Source: Acidimicrobiia bacterium
GTDB lineage: Bacteria > Actinomycetota > Acidimicrobiia > Spongiisociales > ZC4RG35
Direction: 5' to 3'
NCBI GenBank assembly: GCA_965215185.1
Contig: OZ244034.1
Location: 1,888,001 to 1,952,000 of the forward strand
Length of the DNA: 64,000 nucleotides
The notes under the pieces are model-generated. The model was not told the DNA's origin, made no database searches, and saw only the letters and a list, made by a program, of their open reading frames with translations. Shown in pieces: positions 47,876 through 58,121 of the stretch (position 1 is its first letter; the number at the start of each line of letters is the position of its first letter). The translations under genes were made by a program, and so were the position numbers.

Positions 47876-48881
47876 TTGGTGGCTGTTAACCGAAACTCTT
47901 TCCCTGTTGCCCTCCTACTGACAATTGTTCTTGTCTCCTCCCCTGCCCTCAGGAAAGGCCAACAGCATCACCGCCTTCCAATCGGCCCAAGGAGAGGAAT
48001 TTGCGACCGTGTGGTCGGCAGTGCTGACTCCCGGAGAGACAACAGAACCCGGGCCCAACGGTTTTTGCAGGGCAGCAGACAGTGGCCTCTGCATCAAGAA
48101 GCACCAACATGGTTGGCACGATCCCTATGGTTCTTTGACCGATGGCACCGTCGAAATCGACCAGACAATCCACATAGTCCAGAGTCTCAGATATGGCGCC
48201 GCCAACCAGGATGGCAAACTGCACCTCACTTTGGATCCGCCGCTTTCTCCCGATGACAAGGCGAGGCTGGTTCTGGAAATAGGAAACAGGTCCTTCTCTC
48301 TGTCGTCCGCTTTCACCGAATTTTTGGACATAGGAGGAAACTACGTCTGGATCGGTTTCGAGGAACCCTGAGAGGTTGGTAATCCGATCCAAGTGAGCTT
48401 GAAGAAGCCACCGGTTGGATACGCCGGGCACACACCCGGTACTGCCAACACAGATTTGGGGTTGGGAGTCTCTATGCTGAGCCGGCTGGAAACCGCCGAT
48501 GATCGTGATTGGTACCGGGTGGATCTGGAAATTGCGGTCTCATACCTCTTCCAGGTCCGCGGCCCGAGGCCGGCAGACACCCATCTTGATTGGTATCAAC
48601 TGGATCTGGACACCAGCGGTTCTTCTCACCTGGTCACGCGCGGCCCTCAGAACGATGCGGGAAGTCTGCGGATCGTCCTGTATGACGACATGGGGGAGGC
48701 AGTCTGGCGCGACGGCTCCCCGGTTGCAGAAGACAGTAAGACGGGTGAGTACCGCGCGGGGTTGTACTACCAACCAACATCTGGAGGCGCTCACTATCTT
48801 GAGGTGACCAGTCCCTCGGATCGACCGCTGACCTGGTACATGGTCGGTTACTGGGAAAGGGAACCTGGCAACCAACCCTGA
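47876..48881 (+). pseudogene. Disrupted secreted protein (signal peptide, beta-rich domain, PPC-like domain)
   Basis: Signal-like segment is out of frame with the body; in-frame TGA at 48369-48371 separates two same-frame ORFs; ETADDRDWYRVDL is PPC-like. Confidence 0.65.
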
Positions 48882-49197
48882 TCCTCCCCGTGGGGCCGCT
48901 TCCCCACAACCCCTGCTGGGCTTAGGTTTCCCAGGCAATTGGCGACCGTCCATGCTCGGGGCCCCCAGGCGCCAGTCCCGACTACACCGGCACGGGATCG
49001 GAGACCGTACTACGGCTTTCAGACAGCCCTGATTGGCTGATATTCCTTCTCCGGGGCCCTCAACAAAATGGCTGACTCTCAAAGCCCCGAACCTCGGCTG
49101 GATCGACCGGTTTGCTTGGTGGGGTGAGGGTTGGGGTCCAAGGAAAAGGTCTGCGGAAGGTGCTATCGCTTACCTTTTTCGTTTAGCATCGGTTGGC

Positions 49198-49719
49198 ATG
49201 ACGGAAACCGATACAACAGATCCGAGCGCGTTGGACAAACAGCTTCTCCGCCGAGCCATCGAACTTTCGGCCAGTGCAGCCGCCAAAGGGAATATGGCGT
49301 TCGGCGCCCTCCTTGCAGACCCCGAAGGCAACGTCCTCCTCGAAGCGGAGAACACGACGTTCACCGAACGGAACCCCCTCAACCACGCCGAGATCAACCT
49401 GATTAACCTGGCGGTCGCCACCCTCAATCCCGAGCAGATCGCCACCGCCACCCTCTACACCAGCTGCGAACCCTGTGCCATGTGCAGCGGCGCCATGTAT
49501 TGGGGTGAAATAAACCGGATGGTGTATGCGATGTCCGAACACGACCTGCTGAGAATCACCGGAGTCAACGACCACTGCCCGACCATGCGGGGAGTCGGCT
49601 GCCGCAACATCCTTACCAGCGGCCAGCGTCACATCGAGGTGATCGGACCCCACCTGGTTGAGGAGGCCTGCGCAGTCCAAATCGACTACTTTGCGGCCCG
49701 GCCACCCGAGAGTTCATAG
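49198..49719 (+). CDS. Nucleoside/guanine deaminase (CDA-like zinc fold)
   Basis: FGALL, HAE and LYTSCEPCAMC.GA.YW motifs. Confidence 0.88.
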   Translation: MTETDTTDPSALDKQLLRRAIELSASAAAKGNMAFGALLADPEGNVLLEAENTTFTERNPLNHAEINLINLAVATLNPEQIATATLYTSCEPCAMCSGAMYWGEINRMVYAMSEHDLLRITGVNDHCPTMRGVGCRNILTSGQRHIEVIGPHLVEEACAVQIDYFAARPPESS

Positions 49720-49848
49720 AAACGGGTAGGGCTTAGCCTCCTGTCACCTAGATGGCCTGGGGGTGGTGCCCACCCCGCCGTGTCAGGACGCTGTTGACCT
49801 CAAATAGAAACTGGTGGTTCTGGAATCAGCTCACCTGGATCGGTGGCT

Positions 49849-50694
49849 TCACGAACCGTGGGCTTCCTCCCACGAGACGATGGGGTTGCGGAGCACACCG
49901 ATACGTTCGATTTCGGCTTCCATGACATCACCCGGCCGCAGATACAAAGACTCAGCATCCTCGCTGAAACCAGCAACCCCGGACACCGTACCAGTGGAGA
50001 CAATGTCGCCAGCGCTGTAGCCCATCGGGGAATAGTGGGACACGATCTCCTGAAGTGTCACCGACATGTTCCCCGTGTTTGAAACCTGGCGCCTCTCACC
50101 GTTCACTCGAAGTTCCACATTGAGAGAATGCGGATCTCCGACCTCGTCGGGTGTCACAATCCAAGGCCCAATCGGGCAGAAGGTGTCGATCCCCTTGCAG
50201 AAAGAGAAAACACCGGACGCCATCTCTCTACGCTGGATATCCCGGGCGGTGATGTCGTTGAAGATCAGATAGCCCGCTATGTACTCATCCGCCTCTTCCG
50301 GCGAGAAGAACTTGCCCGCTTTGCCGATGACCACGGCGAGTTCGAGTTCGTAGTCGAGTTCACTTGTTAATTGGTGGGGATATACGATGGCGTCGTCCGG
50401 TCCAATAATGGCGTCAATATTCTGGAAGAAGACGATCCAAGGAAGAACCGGGTGTGACCAGTTGACCCTGAGCGACTCCTCGTGGTGTTCTCGGTAATTG
50501 CCGGCCGTGTGGAAGAACTTCTTGGGTACGATCGGCGCCTCCAGTTTGACCGTAGCCAGGTCGTAATCGGCCCCGCTCTCATCCACATCGCCGCCGCGCT
50601 CGAAATACTCACGCATCGTGGCAACGTCGAGTTCGACCATCCGGTCACCCTCAATACGGCCGACTTTCCCACCATTGAATGTGGCTAACTTCAT
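49849..50694 (-). CDS. Fumarylacetoacetate hydrolase family protein
   Basis: DYELELAVVIGK, NDITARD.Q, KG.DTFCP.GP and TGT motifs. Confidence 0.9.
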   Translation of the reverse strand: MKLATFNGGKVGRIEGDRMVELDVATMREYFERGGDVDESGADYDLATVKLEAPIVPKKFFHTAGNYREHHEESLRVNWSHPVLPWIVFFQNIDAIIGPDDAIVYPHQLTSELDYELELAVVIGKAGKFFSPEEADEYIAGYLIFNDITARDIQRREMASGVFSFCKGIDTFCPIGPWIVTPDEVGDPHSLNVELRVNGERRQVSNTGNMSVTLQEIVSHYSPMGYSAGDIVSTGTVSGVAGFSEDAESLYLRPGDVMEAEIERIGVLRNPIVSWEEAHGS

Positions 50695-50761
50695 TGATCA
50701 CCCATGGTCTGTTGATTTGACATTCGATAGAGGCTAGCAATCCGTCAAAGACGGGAACTGC

Positions 50762-51976
50762 TCAGGCCATACCAGCGTTGCCCACAGGATCACGGCTCGA
50801 GGTGACGGCTTCGACCATCTCGACGAACAGTTCGTTGGAGACCAGTCCTCCGTCTCGTATCCCACGCTGCTTGACCCGCTCCAGCAAGGTGGCGTGGAAC
50901 TCCTCAGGAATATCGAGGTCGAGTTCCGCAGCCTTGACCTTGATACTGGCCAATCCGCTCTTCTTGCCCAATACCAATCCTCGCTCGGCGCCCACCAACG
51001 TTGAGGAATAGGGCTCGATAGCGGTCGGATCGTGGAATTGCGATGCCACCGCTCCACTTTCCCTAATGAACAGATTCCGGCCTGTGACGGGTTTCCACGG
51101 CGCCAGTTGATAACCGGACAGTCTTTGGACGGTTTCAGCCACCTCGGCGATGTGCTGCAGTTGCATGGAGGTTTCGCCCCGATATACGGCCTCCAAGGCA
51201 ATCGCGAACTCGGCGAGGTCCATATTCCCGGCTCGCTCCCCCATACCGTTGATGGTGCCCTGAACCCAGTCCGCTCCGGCGCGCACCGCCTCGATGGCGC
51301 CGGCTGTGGCCAAGCCGAAGTCATCATGGCCATGCCAATGGATCGGAATATCATCTCCGACCCACGAGCGAGCTTGGGTCACCATATCCGCGGCTGCCTC
51401 AGGCGCGGCGATGCCCAAAGTGTCCACCAATGCGATCTCGCCCGCCCCGGCTTCGATCGCTTTGGCATAGATCTCCTCCAGAAACGCGAAATCGGCTCTG
51501 CTGCCGTCGACCCCGAAAAAACAGACGTGAATACCGTTGTCTACTGCAAAACGTGTCGAATCGACCACCCGCTGAACGACGACTTCACGAGTCAATCCAT
51601 AGGCCGAGAGCTTGCCGTCACTTACCGGCGTTTCGATGACCGCCGACTCCACCCCGAGTTCGACCAACTGCTCCACATCGGCTTTGACGGCCCTGGAGAA
51701 TCCCCAGATCTCGGCGTTGAGCCCGGCAGCGAGTATCAGGCGAAAGGCCTCCACATCATCTTCGGAGACGCGGGGAAAACCCGCTTCTATCCGATCCACT
51801 CCCAGACGATCCAAGGCGTAAGCTATCTCTAGCTTCGCTTCCGGGCCTAGCGATACGCCAACTGTCTGCTCTCCGTCGCGGAGAGTTGTGTCATAGATTC
51901 CAATCCTTCGTTCCAAAGCGCTATCAGAAGCGACATCATTAAACGACCCTGTCCATACCAAATCGCGATCAAGCAT
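50762..51976 (-). CDS. DRE-TIM metallolyase, homocitrate/isopropylmalate synthase-like
   Basis: DTTLRDGEQ, EAGFP, HGHDDFGLA and GMGERAGN motifs; no LeuA regulatory domain. Alternative start at 52048. Confidence 0.82.
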   Translation of the reverse strand: MLDRDLVWTGSFNDVASDSALERRIGIYDTTLRDGEQTVGVSLGPEAKLEIAYALDRLGVDRIEAGFPRVSEDDVEAFRLILAAGLNAEIWGFSRAVKADVEQLVELGVESAVIETPVSDGKLSAYGLTREVVVQRVVDSTRFAVDNGIHVCFFGVDGSRADFAFLEEIYAKAIEAGAGEIALVDTLGIAAPEAAADMVTQARSWVGDDIPIHWHGHDDFGLATAGAIEAVRAGADWVQGTINGMGERAGNMDLAEFAIALEAVYRGETSMQLQHIAEVAETVQRLSGYQLAPWKPVTGRNLFIRESGAVASQFHDPTAIEPYSSTLVGAERGLVLGKKSGLASIKVKAAELDLDIPEEFHATLLERVKQRGIRDGGLVSNELFVEMVEAVTSSRDPVGNAGMA

Positions 51977-52034
51977 CAATCCTCGCAGTCTCGAAAAGCC
52001 CGCCGAATTATATCCATTTGCAGGTTTCGCCACC

Positions 52035-53015
52035 CTATCGGACCGCAAGAGTGTGGAGGTGGCATCTCACGGTGTGTGCCGCACCTACCTCGATGCTCTC
52101 TGGTGTGGTAGCGCAAACTTCCATGACATGGGGGCAGCGGGTTCTGAACCGGCAACCGGAAGGGGGATCGAGCGGGCTGGGCAACTCCCCCATGATCTTC
52201 AGTCGAGGTCGACGGTCTCGGGGATGAGCGGGCAAGTCGGCAGCCAGCAGTCCCTGGGTGTATGGATGTTGCGGTGACTCGAATATCTGGTCGGTACTCC
52301 CCTGCTCGATGATCCGACCCATATACATGACCGCCACTTCGTCGGCCACGTACTGCACTGTGGCCAGGTCGTGAGCGATCATCAGGAAGGTCGTGTTGAA
52401 ATCCCGCTGAATGTCCTTGAGGAGATTCAGCACCTGGGCCTGCACCGAGACGTCGAGGGCTGACACCGGCTCGTCGAGCACCAGGAGTCTGGGATCGGTG
52501 ACCAGGGCGCTGGCTAGAGCGATTCGCTGGCGCTGGCCTCCGCTGAACTCGTGGGGAAAGAGATCACCGTGCCACCTTTCCATGCCGACCTTCTCAAGAG
52601 TCTCTCCTACGCGTTCTCTCACTTCATCTTTGGAGACTCTTCGATTGACGACCAGGGCCTCGCCCACAATGCTCCGCACTCGCATGCGCGGGCTAAGTGA
52701 GGCCCACGGATCCTGGAACACGGCTTGCACGTTGGTGCGGAACCACCTCAACTCGGAGCGTCTCAAACGGTGGATGTCTCTTCCGTCCAGTGTTGCTGAT
52801 CCGCTCGTGGGCTGGGCCAGTCTCAAGATGAGTCGGGCCGTTGTGGTCTTTCCACATCCAGACTCGCCCACGAGAGCGAGAGTCTTTCCCTCCTCAATGG
52901 AGAAGCTGACTCCATCAACGGCGCGGATGTGCCCGACGACCCGACCGCCGTACTGGCCGGACGACACTGCGAAATGCTTGACCAGGTTGTCAACGACCAT
53001 CACCCGGTTTGTCAC
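52035..53015 (-). CDS. Oligopeptide-type ABC ATP-binding protein (OppF-like)
   Basis: GESGCGKTT, SGGQRQR and GCRFRTRCP motifs. Confidence 0.92.
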   Translation of the reverse strand: MTNRVMVVDNLVKHFAVSSGQYGGRVVGHIRAVDGVSFSIEEGKTLALVGESGCGKTTTARLILRLAQPTSGSATLDGRDIHRLRRSELRWFRTNVQAVFQDPWASLSPRMRVRSIVGEALVVNRRVSKDEVRERVGETLEKVGMERWHGDLFPHEFSGGQRQRIALASALVTDPRLLVLDEPVSALDVSVQAQVLNLLKDIQRDFNTTFLMIAHDLATVQYVADEVAVMYMGRIIEQGSTDQIFESPQHPYTQGLLAADLPAHPRDRRPRLKIMGELPSPLDPPSGCRFRTRCPHVMEVCATTPESIEVGAAHTVRCHLHTLAVR

Positions 53016-54028
53016 GACATCTCCTCAGCCAGCCAGCAGGCCGCTACATGGTTGTCGCCGATTTCGAACGATGGCGGGTACTGCTGGTCACAGCGGGTAA
53101 CTGCATGAGCACATCTTGGAGCGAATGCGCAACCGGACGGCAGTTCGATGAGTGAGGGAGGTTGTCCCTCGATGGAAGGCAGCCGTTCGGCCTTCTGTCC
53201 TCGTCGAGGGCGAGCCGCGAGCAACGCTTGCGTATAGGGATGCCGGGGATCGTCGAAAATCTCTGTGACCGGTCCTTGCTCGACGATGCGTCCGGCGTAC
53301 ATCACGGCTACTCGATCACATGATTCGGCAATCACGCCGAAGTCATGGGTGATCAGGATGATGGCGACCGAGGTCTGTTCTCGTAGATCGTCGAGGAGTC
53401 GCAGATACTGGGCTTGGATGGTGACATCCAGCGCCGTCGTCGGTTCGTCCGCGATGAGAACCGACGGCTGGCAGGCTATCGCCATGGCGCCTACTACTCG
53501 TTGCTTCATCCCGCCGCTCATCTGATGTGGAAAATTGCGCAGCCGTCGCTCCGGAGCCGACACCCGAACACTCTGAAGCGCCGTTATCGACCGCTCGCGC
53601 ACATCACCCGAAGAGGCCGCCGTGTTATGCAGGCGGATGGTCTCGGCGAGCTGGTTTCCTATCGAATACACCGGATTCAATGACTGCTGCGGATCTTGGA
53701 GGATCATCGAAATCTCCCGCCCCCTGATCCTGCGCATTTGTTTCTCGCTGAGCGACAGGAGGTCTCGCCCGTTGAGCAACACCTGGCCACTCAGAATACG
53801 GCCGACCGGCTCCGGCGTCAGCCGAACCAACGAAAGGGCAAGCATGCTCTTGCCGCTTCCGGATTCGCCCACGATGCCGAGCATCTCACCAGCATGAAGC
53901 TGGAGGGAAACGCCATCCACCGCCTTGGTCACCCCCCAGCGCGTGTAGAGATAAGTGACCAGGTCCCTGACCTCCAGAACCGGATCGGCTGCCAACCCGA
54001 GGGTCTCATAGGTAGCGGTCCCGGTCAT
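53012..54028 (-). CDS. Oligopeptide-type ABC ATP-binding protein (OppD-like)
   Basis: [18 protein letters not shown] and [14 protein letters not shown] motifs; ATGA overlap with the permease gene. Confidence 0.92.
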   Translation of the reverse strand: MTGTATYETLGLAADPVLEVRDLVTYLYTRWGVTKAVDGVSLQLHAGEMLGIVGESGSGKSMLALSLVRLTPEPVGRILSGQVLLNGRDLLSLSEKQMRRIRGREISMILQDPQQSLNPVYSIGNQLAETIRLHNTAASSGDVRERSITALQSVRVSAPERRLRNFPHQMSGGMKQRVVGAMAIACQPSVLIADEPTTALDVTIQAQYLRLLDDLREQTSVAIILITHDFGVIAESCDRVAVMYAGRIVEQGPVTEIFDDPRHPYTQALLAARPRRGQKAERLPSIEGQPPSLIELPSGCAFAPRCAHAVTRCDQQYPPSFEIGDNHVAACWLAEEMS

Positions 54029-54972
54029 CGCCGCTGGCGCATTTTCGGATCGAGAAAGTCCCGCAGCCAGTCTCCCAGGAGATTCAGCGAAAGCACCACC
54101 AAGAGAATCGCCAGTCCGGGAAACAGCGACATCCACCAGGCGATCAGAATCTGATCTCTGCCATCGGCCACCATAACACCCCAGCTTGGGTTCGGTCTTG
54201 GGATGCCGGCGCCGATGAAGCTCAGCGACGACTCCTCCAAGATCACTACTCCCACCTGCAAGGTGGTGAGAACGATCAGGGTGTTGGCAATATTTGGCAA
54301 CACGTGTTGCAAGAGGATCCGCGCTGGGCGGGAACCGGCGACCTTGGACCTGGCAACGTATTCGGCTTCGCGCACCGCCAGCGTGTCGCCTCTCACCTGT
54401 CTGGCGAAACTGGCCCACATGGTGATGGCAATGATCGTCACGATCGTAACGAACGACGGTCCGATTGCCGCCACGATGACAAGCGCAAGAAGCACGATCG
54501 GAAGGCTCAGGAAAGTGTCGATGAGCCAACTGACCACACGGTCGATCCAACCGCCGAAATACCCGGCCACCAGTCCCAGGGTGGTGCCTATCGAGGCGCC
54601 GACGAAGATCGTGAGCGAGGCCACCGTCAGCGAGATTCGGGCGCCGTAGATGATCCTGGTGAGGATGTCGCGTCCCAGTTTGTCGGTACCCAGGGGATAG
54701 GTCCATGACCCCCCATCCAGCCAGGCCGGTGGGGTCAAACGCTCTGCCAAGTTCCCACGAAGTGGATTGTGAACGGTGATCACATCCGCCAGGAGCGCCG
54801 GAAGGAGCAACACGAACACGACGATGCAGATGGGAATCCACGGCACCCTGTCGGTACGGGTCCTGAACCAGGGGATCCGCAGGTATCGACCTGGGAATGT
54901 TCCGCGGTGTTGTCCGGCAGAGGGAGCGGGCGCTTGGCGCTCACCGGTGGAGGATGTCCTGCGAATCGGCAT
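54025..54972 (-). CDS. Oligopeptide-type ABC permease (OppC-like)
   Basis: LGTD.LGRD, ESSLSF.G.G and NLLGDWLRD..DP motifs. Confidence 0.92.
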   Translation of the reverse strand: MPIRRTSSTGERQAPAPSAGQHRGTFPGRYLRIPWFRTRTDRVPWIPICIVVFVLLLPALLADVITVHNPLRGNLAERLTPPAWLDGGSWTYPLGTDKLGRDILTRIIYGARISLTVASLTIFVGASIGTTLGLVAGYFGGWIDRVVSWLIDTFLSLPIVLLALVIVAAIGPSFVTIVTIIAITMWASFARQVRGDTLAVREAEYVARSKVAGSRPARILLQHVLPNIANTLIVLTTLQVGVVILEESSLSFIGAGIPRPNPSWGVMVADGRDQILIAWWMSLFPGLAILLVVLSLNLLGDWLRDFLDPKMRQRR

Positions 54973-55907
54973 CAGGAGAACGACCTTTGTCCGAGTCTCA
55001 CCCTCGGATCGAGGTAGGCGTAGGTAATGTCCACCAGAAGGTTCATGACGACGATCACCGTGGCGGTGAAGAGGGCGAGTGCTTGAACCACCGGAAAGTC
55101 ACGGGCGTTGGCCGACTCGAAAGCAAGCAAACCGACGCCGGGCCAGGAGAAGACGATCTCCACCACAGTCGCTCCGGTCAGCATTCGAACCGCCACGCCC
55201 CCGAAGAATGTCAATGGCCCAATCGACGCCGGCTTGAGAGCGTGTTTCATGATGACGATGAACTCGGACAATCCTTTGAGCCGCGCCAACTTGACGTATT
55301 CGGTTCCAAGGGTCTCGAGCATGGCCGATCGGAACAGCCGCAGGAGGGCGGCGATGCCGAAGATCGCTATAACGAAACTCGGCAAGATGTAGCTACGCCA
55401 GTTTCCGATTCCTGAGGTGGGGATGAATTTCCACGGCACCGCAATCAGCCAAATGAGCATGATCGCCAGCCAGAATTCGGGAACCGACTGACCGAACAAC
55501 GCCATGCCTTTGGCAATCCTGTCCGCCATGGAGCCGCGCTTGACCGCCGAGAGGATCCCTAGGGGTACGCCGATGACCACCACCAGTACAGTGGCCACGA
55601 GGCCCAATTTGATAGAAGCGGGGAGTCTGCCGGCAATGATCGACCCGGCTCTCTCGGTGGGATAGAGAAAAGAGGGACCGAAATCGCCTTGGAGAGCGTT
55701 CCCCACGAAGGAGAAATACTGCTGCGGCAGAGGTTTATCAAGTCCCCACTGCTCCCTCAAGGCTTGCTCATCCTCTCGGCCCATGTCGACCGGCGCCAAG
55801 ACGTCCAGCGGATCACCGGTGAGACGCGCCAGGAAGAAGACGATGAATGAAACAGCGATAATGGTGAGCACCCCCCGAACGCTGTTGATAACGATGTAGC
55901 GGGCCAT
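54972..55907 (-). CDS. Oligopeptide-type ABC permease (OppB-like)
   Basis: GLDKPL..QY, GDFG.S, ARLKGL, RDFPVVQ and YAYLDPR motifs. Confidence 0.92.
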   Translation of the reverse strand: MARYIVINSVRGVLTIIAVSFIVFFLARLTGDPLDVLAPVDMGREDEQALREQWGLDKPLPQQYFSFVGNALQGDFGPSFLYPTERAGSIIAGRLPASIKLGLVATVLVVVIGVPLGILSAVKRGSMADRIAKGMALFGQSVPEFWLAIMLIWLIAVPWKFIPTSGIGNWRSYILPSFVIAIFGIAALLRLFRSAMLETLGTEYVKLARLKGLSEFIVIMKHALKPASIGPLTFFGGVAVRMLTGATVVEIVFSWPGVGLLAFESANARDFPVVQALALFTATVIVVMNLLVDITYAYLDPRVRLGQRSFS

Positions 55908-55938
55908 CAGGCCAGACCCTCCAGACCGGCCTGGGGTC

Positions 55939-57120
55939 TCATAGCCTCGGATCGACTACGTACAGGCCATCGCCGAATCGATCGCTGACATACACCAGCC
56001 CGTCTTCTGTGGCGTAGACGTCGTTGAACTGAATCGAGTCCCGACCGGCCGGGGCCGGGGGCACCAAGTGGGCGACTTCGACAGGATTGCTGGCGTCGGA
56101 TAGGTCGTAGGCGCGCAGCCCGCCGGCGAAATAGGTGAGGTATACCAGATTGGGGTCTACGAAGGAGCCCGGCCGCATCTCATGGAGATTATGGGGTCCC
56201 CATCGAATGTTCTCGTCATGCCGGGCGCCCGGCGGAACGGGAAAACGTGCAATCACCCTCGGATTGGCCTCGTCGGCGATGTCAACCACCCAGACATGAC
56301 GCTGGACTCCGATGAAGCGGGTGATCAGTTCATCGGTGACGAGGAGGATGTCCCGTCCGGGAAGGCGGAGAGGAGTGTGGGTATTGCGGCTTTCGGGCCC
56401 GAACTCAAGGTGACTGATCAATTGGGGACTGGTGGGGTCGCTGATATCCAGAATCATGAGGCCTCCGTCCCAATACCCGCCATAGGCGCGGTCACCGTAC
56501 GGGAGGGCATGGTGGAGGTTGTAGTGGCGGTCCTCGTGTTCCAGGTCGGGACCATCGGCTGCGCCCCAGGTTGACTGCTCGCCGCCTGCCACGTGCTGGC
56601 CGGGATACCACCAGCGCCCTAGTTCCGTGGGCGAAGTGGGGTCGGACAGGTCAACTATCTCCAGGATGCGCCCGGTGTAACCATCTTCGCCAGCAGAAAC
56701 GAGGGCATGGTCGCCTTCCCACCACGCCATGCGGTGGATCCCGGTACCGGTGACCGGGTAGAAACCGATCTGCTGCGGAGTAGCGGGGTCGGAGACATCG
56801 TAAACAGCCATCCCGGCGCTCCACTCCATCGCCGGCGGATCCTCGAACCGGTTTCGTTCGTGATTGACCAGAAGAAGAGAATCCTTCACTTGGACCTTAT
56901 GACTGTGGGTACCCGCAGGTCTGGGGATCTGAGTGATCAGCTGCGGTCGGGAAGGGTTGGAGACATCGATTATCGAAGTGCCCAGATCGTTGTATCCCAT
57001 GTGGCCGGCATAAGCCACGCCGTCGACGACATTGACATGCATCAGATCGCCCTTACCGTCGAGGTCGATGTGACCGATGACGGACATCCGGTGAGCGTCG
57101 GTCCGGTCAGCTTGGCTCAT
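55939..57120 (-). CDS. LVIVD-repeat beta-propeller protein A
   Basis: Repeated (I/V)(Y/L)DVSDP..P units; HSHK, GIHR, HHAL, HT and GPHNLHE motifs. Confidence 0.8.
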   Translation of the reverse strand: MSQADRTDAHRMSVIGHIDLDGKGDLMHVNVVDGVAYAGHMGYNDLGTSIIDVSNPSRPQLITQIPRPAGTHSHKVQVKDSLLLVNHERNRFEDPPAMEWSAGMAVYDVSDPATPQQIGFYPVTGTGIHRMAWWEGDHALVSAGEDGYTGRILEIVDLSDPTSPTELGRWWYPGQHVAGGEQSTWGAADGPDLEHEDRHYNLHHALPYGDRAYGGYWDGGLMILDISDPTSPQLISHLEFGPESRNTHTPLRLPGRDILLVTDELITRFIGVQRHVWVVDIADEANPRVIARFPVPPGARHDENIRWGPHNLHEMRPGSFVDPNLVYLTYFAGGLRAYDLSDASNPVEVAHLVPPAPAGRDSIQFNDVYATEDGLVYVSDRFGDGLYVVDPRL

Positions 57121-58121
57121 CGGCGTATCCCTTCGAGTATCCGGGAAATATTGCTATGGAGAATCATCTCCCGGGCATCGCTGGTCAGATTGGGGACCGA
57201 ATCGATGAAGGCAACGGGAGCCAGCTCATGCATGGGGTACGGGTAGTCGGTGCCAACCACCACCTGGGTCGGCCCAACGAGATCCAAGAGGAACGAGAGC
57301 GCCTCCGGAATATGAACGAGAGTGTCGAAATAAAGGCGCTTGACGAATTCGAGCGGTGATCTGCTGATGTTCTCGGCTGTGAGGTGGGGGACCACCTTGT
57401 AGCCCTTCTCCCAGCGACCCATCTGATACGGCATGTATCCGCCCCCGTGGACCATGCAGAGAACCAGATCCGGATATCGCTCGAGAACGCCACCGAAGAG
57501 CAGGTGACCCATGGCAATCGTGGATTCGGCAGGTCTGCCGAAGATGTTCGAGAGGAAATACCTGCTCAGGTCATATCCCCCTAGTGGGTCGTAGGGGTGT
57601 ATCAACACCAGACAGCGCAGTTCGTTTGCGACCTTCCAGAAAGGGTCTAGCCCGGCGTCGACCAGGTGCACCCCATCGACGGTGGTGGCTATCTCCACTC
57701 CAGCCATCCCGAGTTCACCTACGATGTATGACAGTTCGTCGGCCGCTTTACCGGGAGATTGGAGAGGAACGGTACCCAGAGCGACGAGCCGGTCCGGGTA
57801 CCCGGAAACCTCTCGGGCGAGGATCCGGTTGAAGTCGCGGGCATATCTGGCCCCAGCTTCGGGCTCGAGGGCGTAAGCGCTGAAGTCGGTGCGATGAGAC
57901 ACCACTTGGACATCGACGCCACCCTTCTCCATGGCCTGGAACCGGGCATCGAGGTCGTAGAGCTCTTGGGGAAAGGGGCCGATCACCTTGGCGCCCGCCA
58001 AACGCAGCAGCTCCTCGCCAGAATCGTCATGGAGCACCTCGATGCCATAATCGGCGCCCCGGGCTCTGAGCAACTCCATCAACTCGATAGGCACGATGTG
58101 GGCGTGGACATCGTAAGTCAT
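57117..58121 (-). CDS. Amidohydrolase_2 family (ACMSD-like decarboxylase/hydratase)
   Basis: DVHAH, LIHP, HGGG and GTDYP motifs; ATGA overlap with the upstream gene. Confidence 0.85.
   Translation of the reverse strand: MTYDVHAHIVPIELMELLRARGADYGIEVLHDDSGEELLRLAGAKVIGPFPQELYDLDARFQAMEKGGVDVQVVSHRTDFSAYALEPEAGARYARDFNRILAREVSGYPDRLVALGTVPLQSPGKAADELSYIVGELGMAGVEIATTVDGVHLVDAGLDPFWKVANELRCLVLIHPYDPLGGYDLSRYFLSNIFGRPAESTIAMGHLLFGGVLERYPDLVLCMVHGGGYMPYQMGRWEKGYKVVPHLTAENISRSPLEFVKRLYFDTLVHIPEALSFLLDLVGPTQVVVGTDYPYPMHELAPVAFIDSVPNLTSDAREMILHSNISRILEGIRR

Noticed and set aside
48369-48371. Selenocysteine or TGA recoding
   Set aside because: The context fits a Trp-to-stop mutation, the gene has a second lesion, and other genes use TGA as a normal stop.
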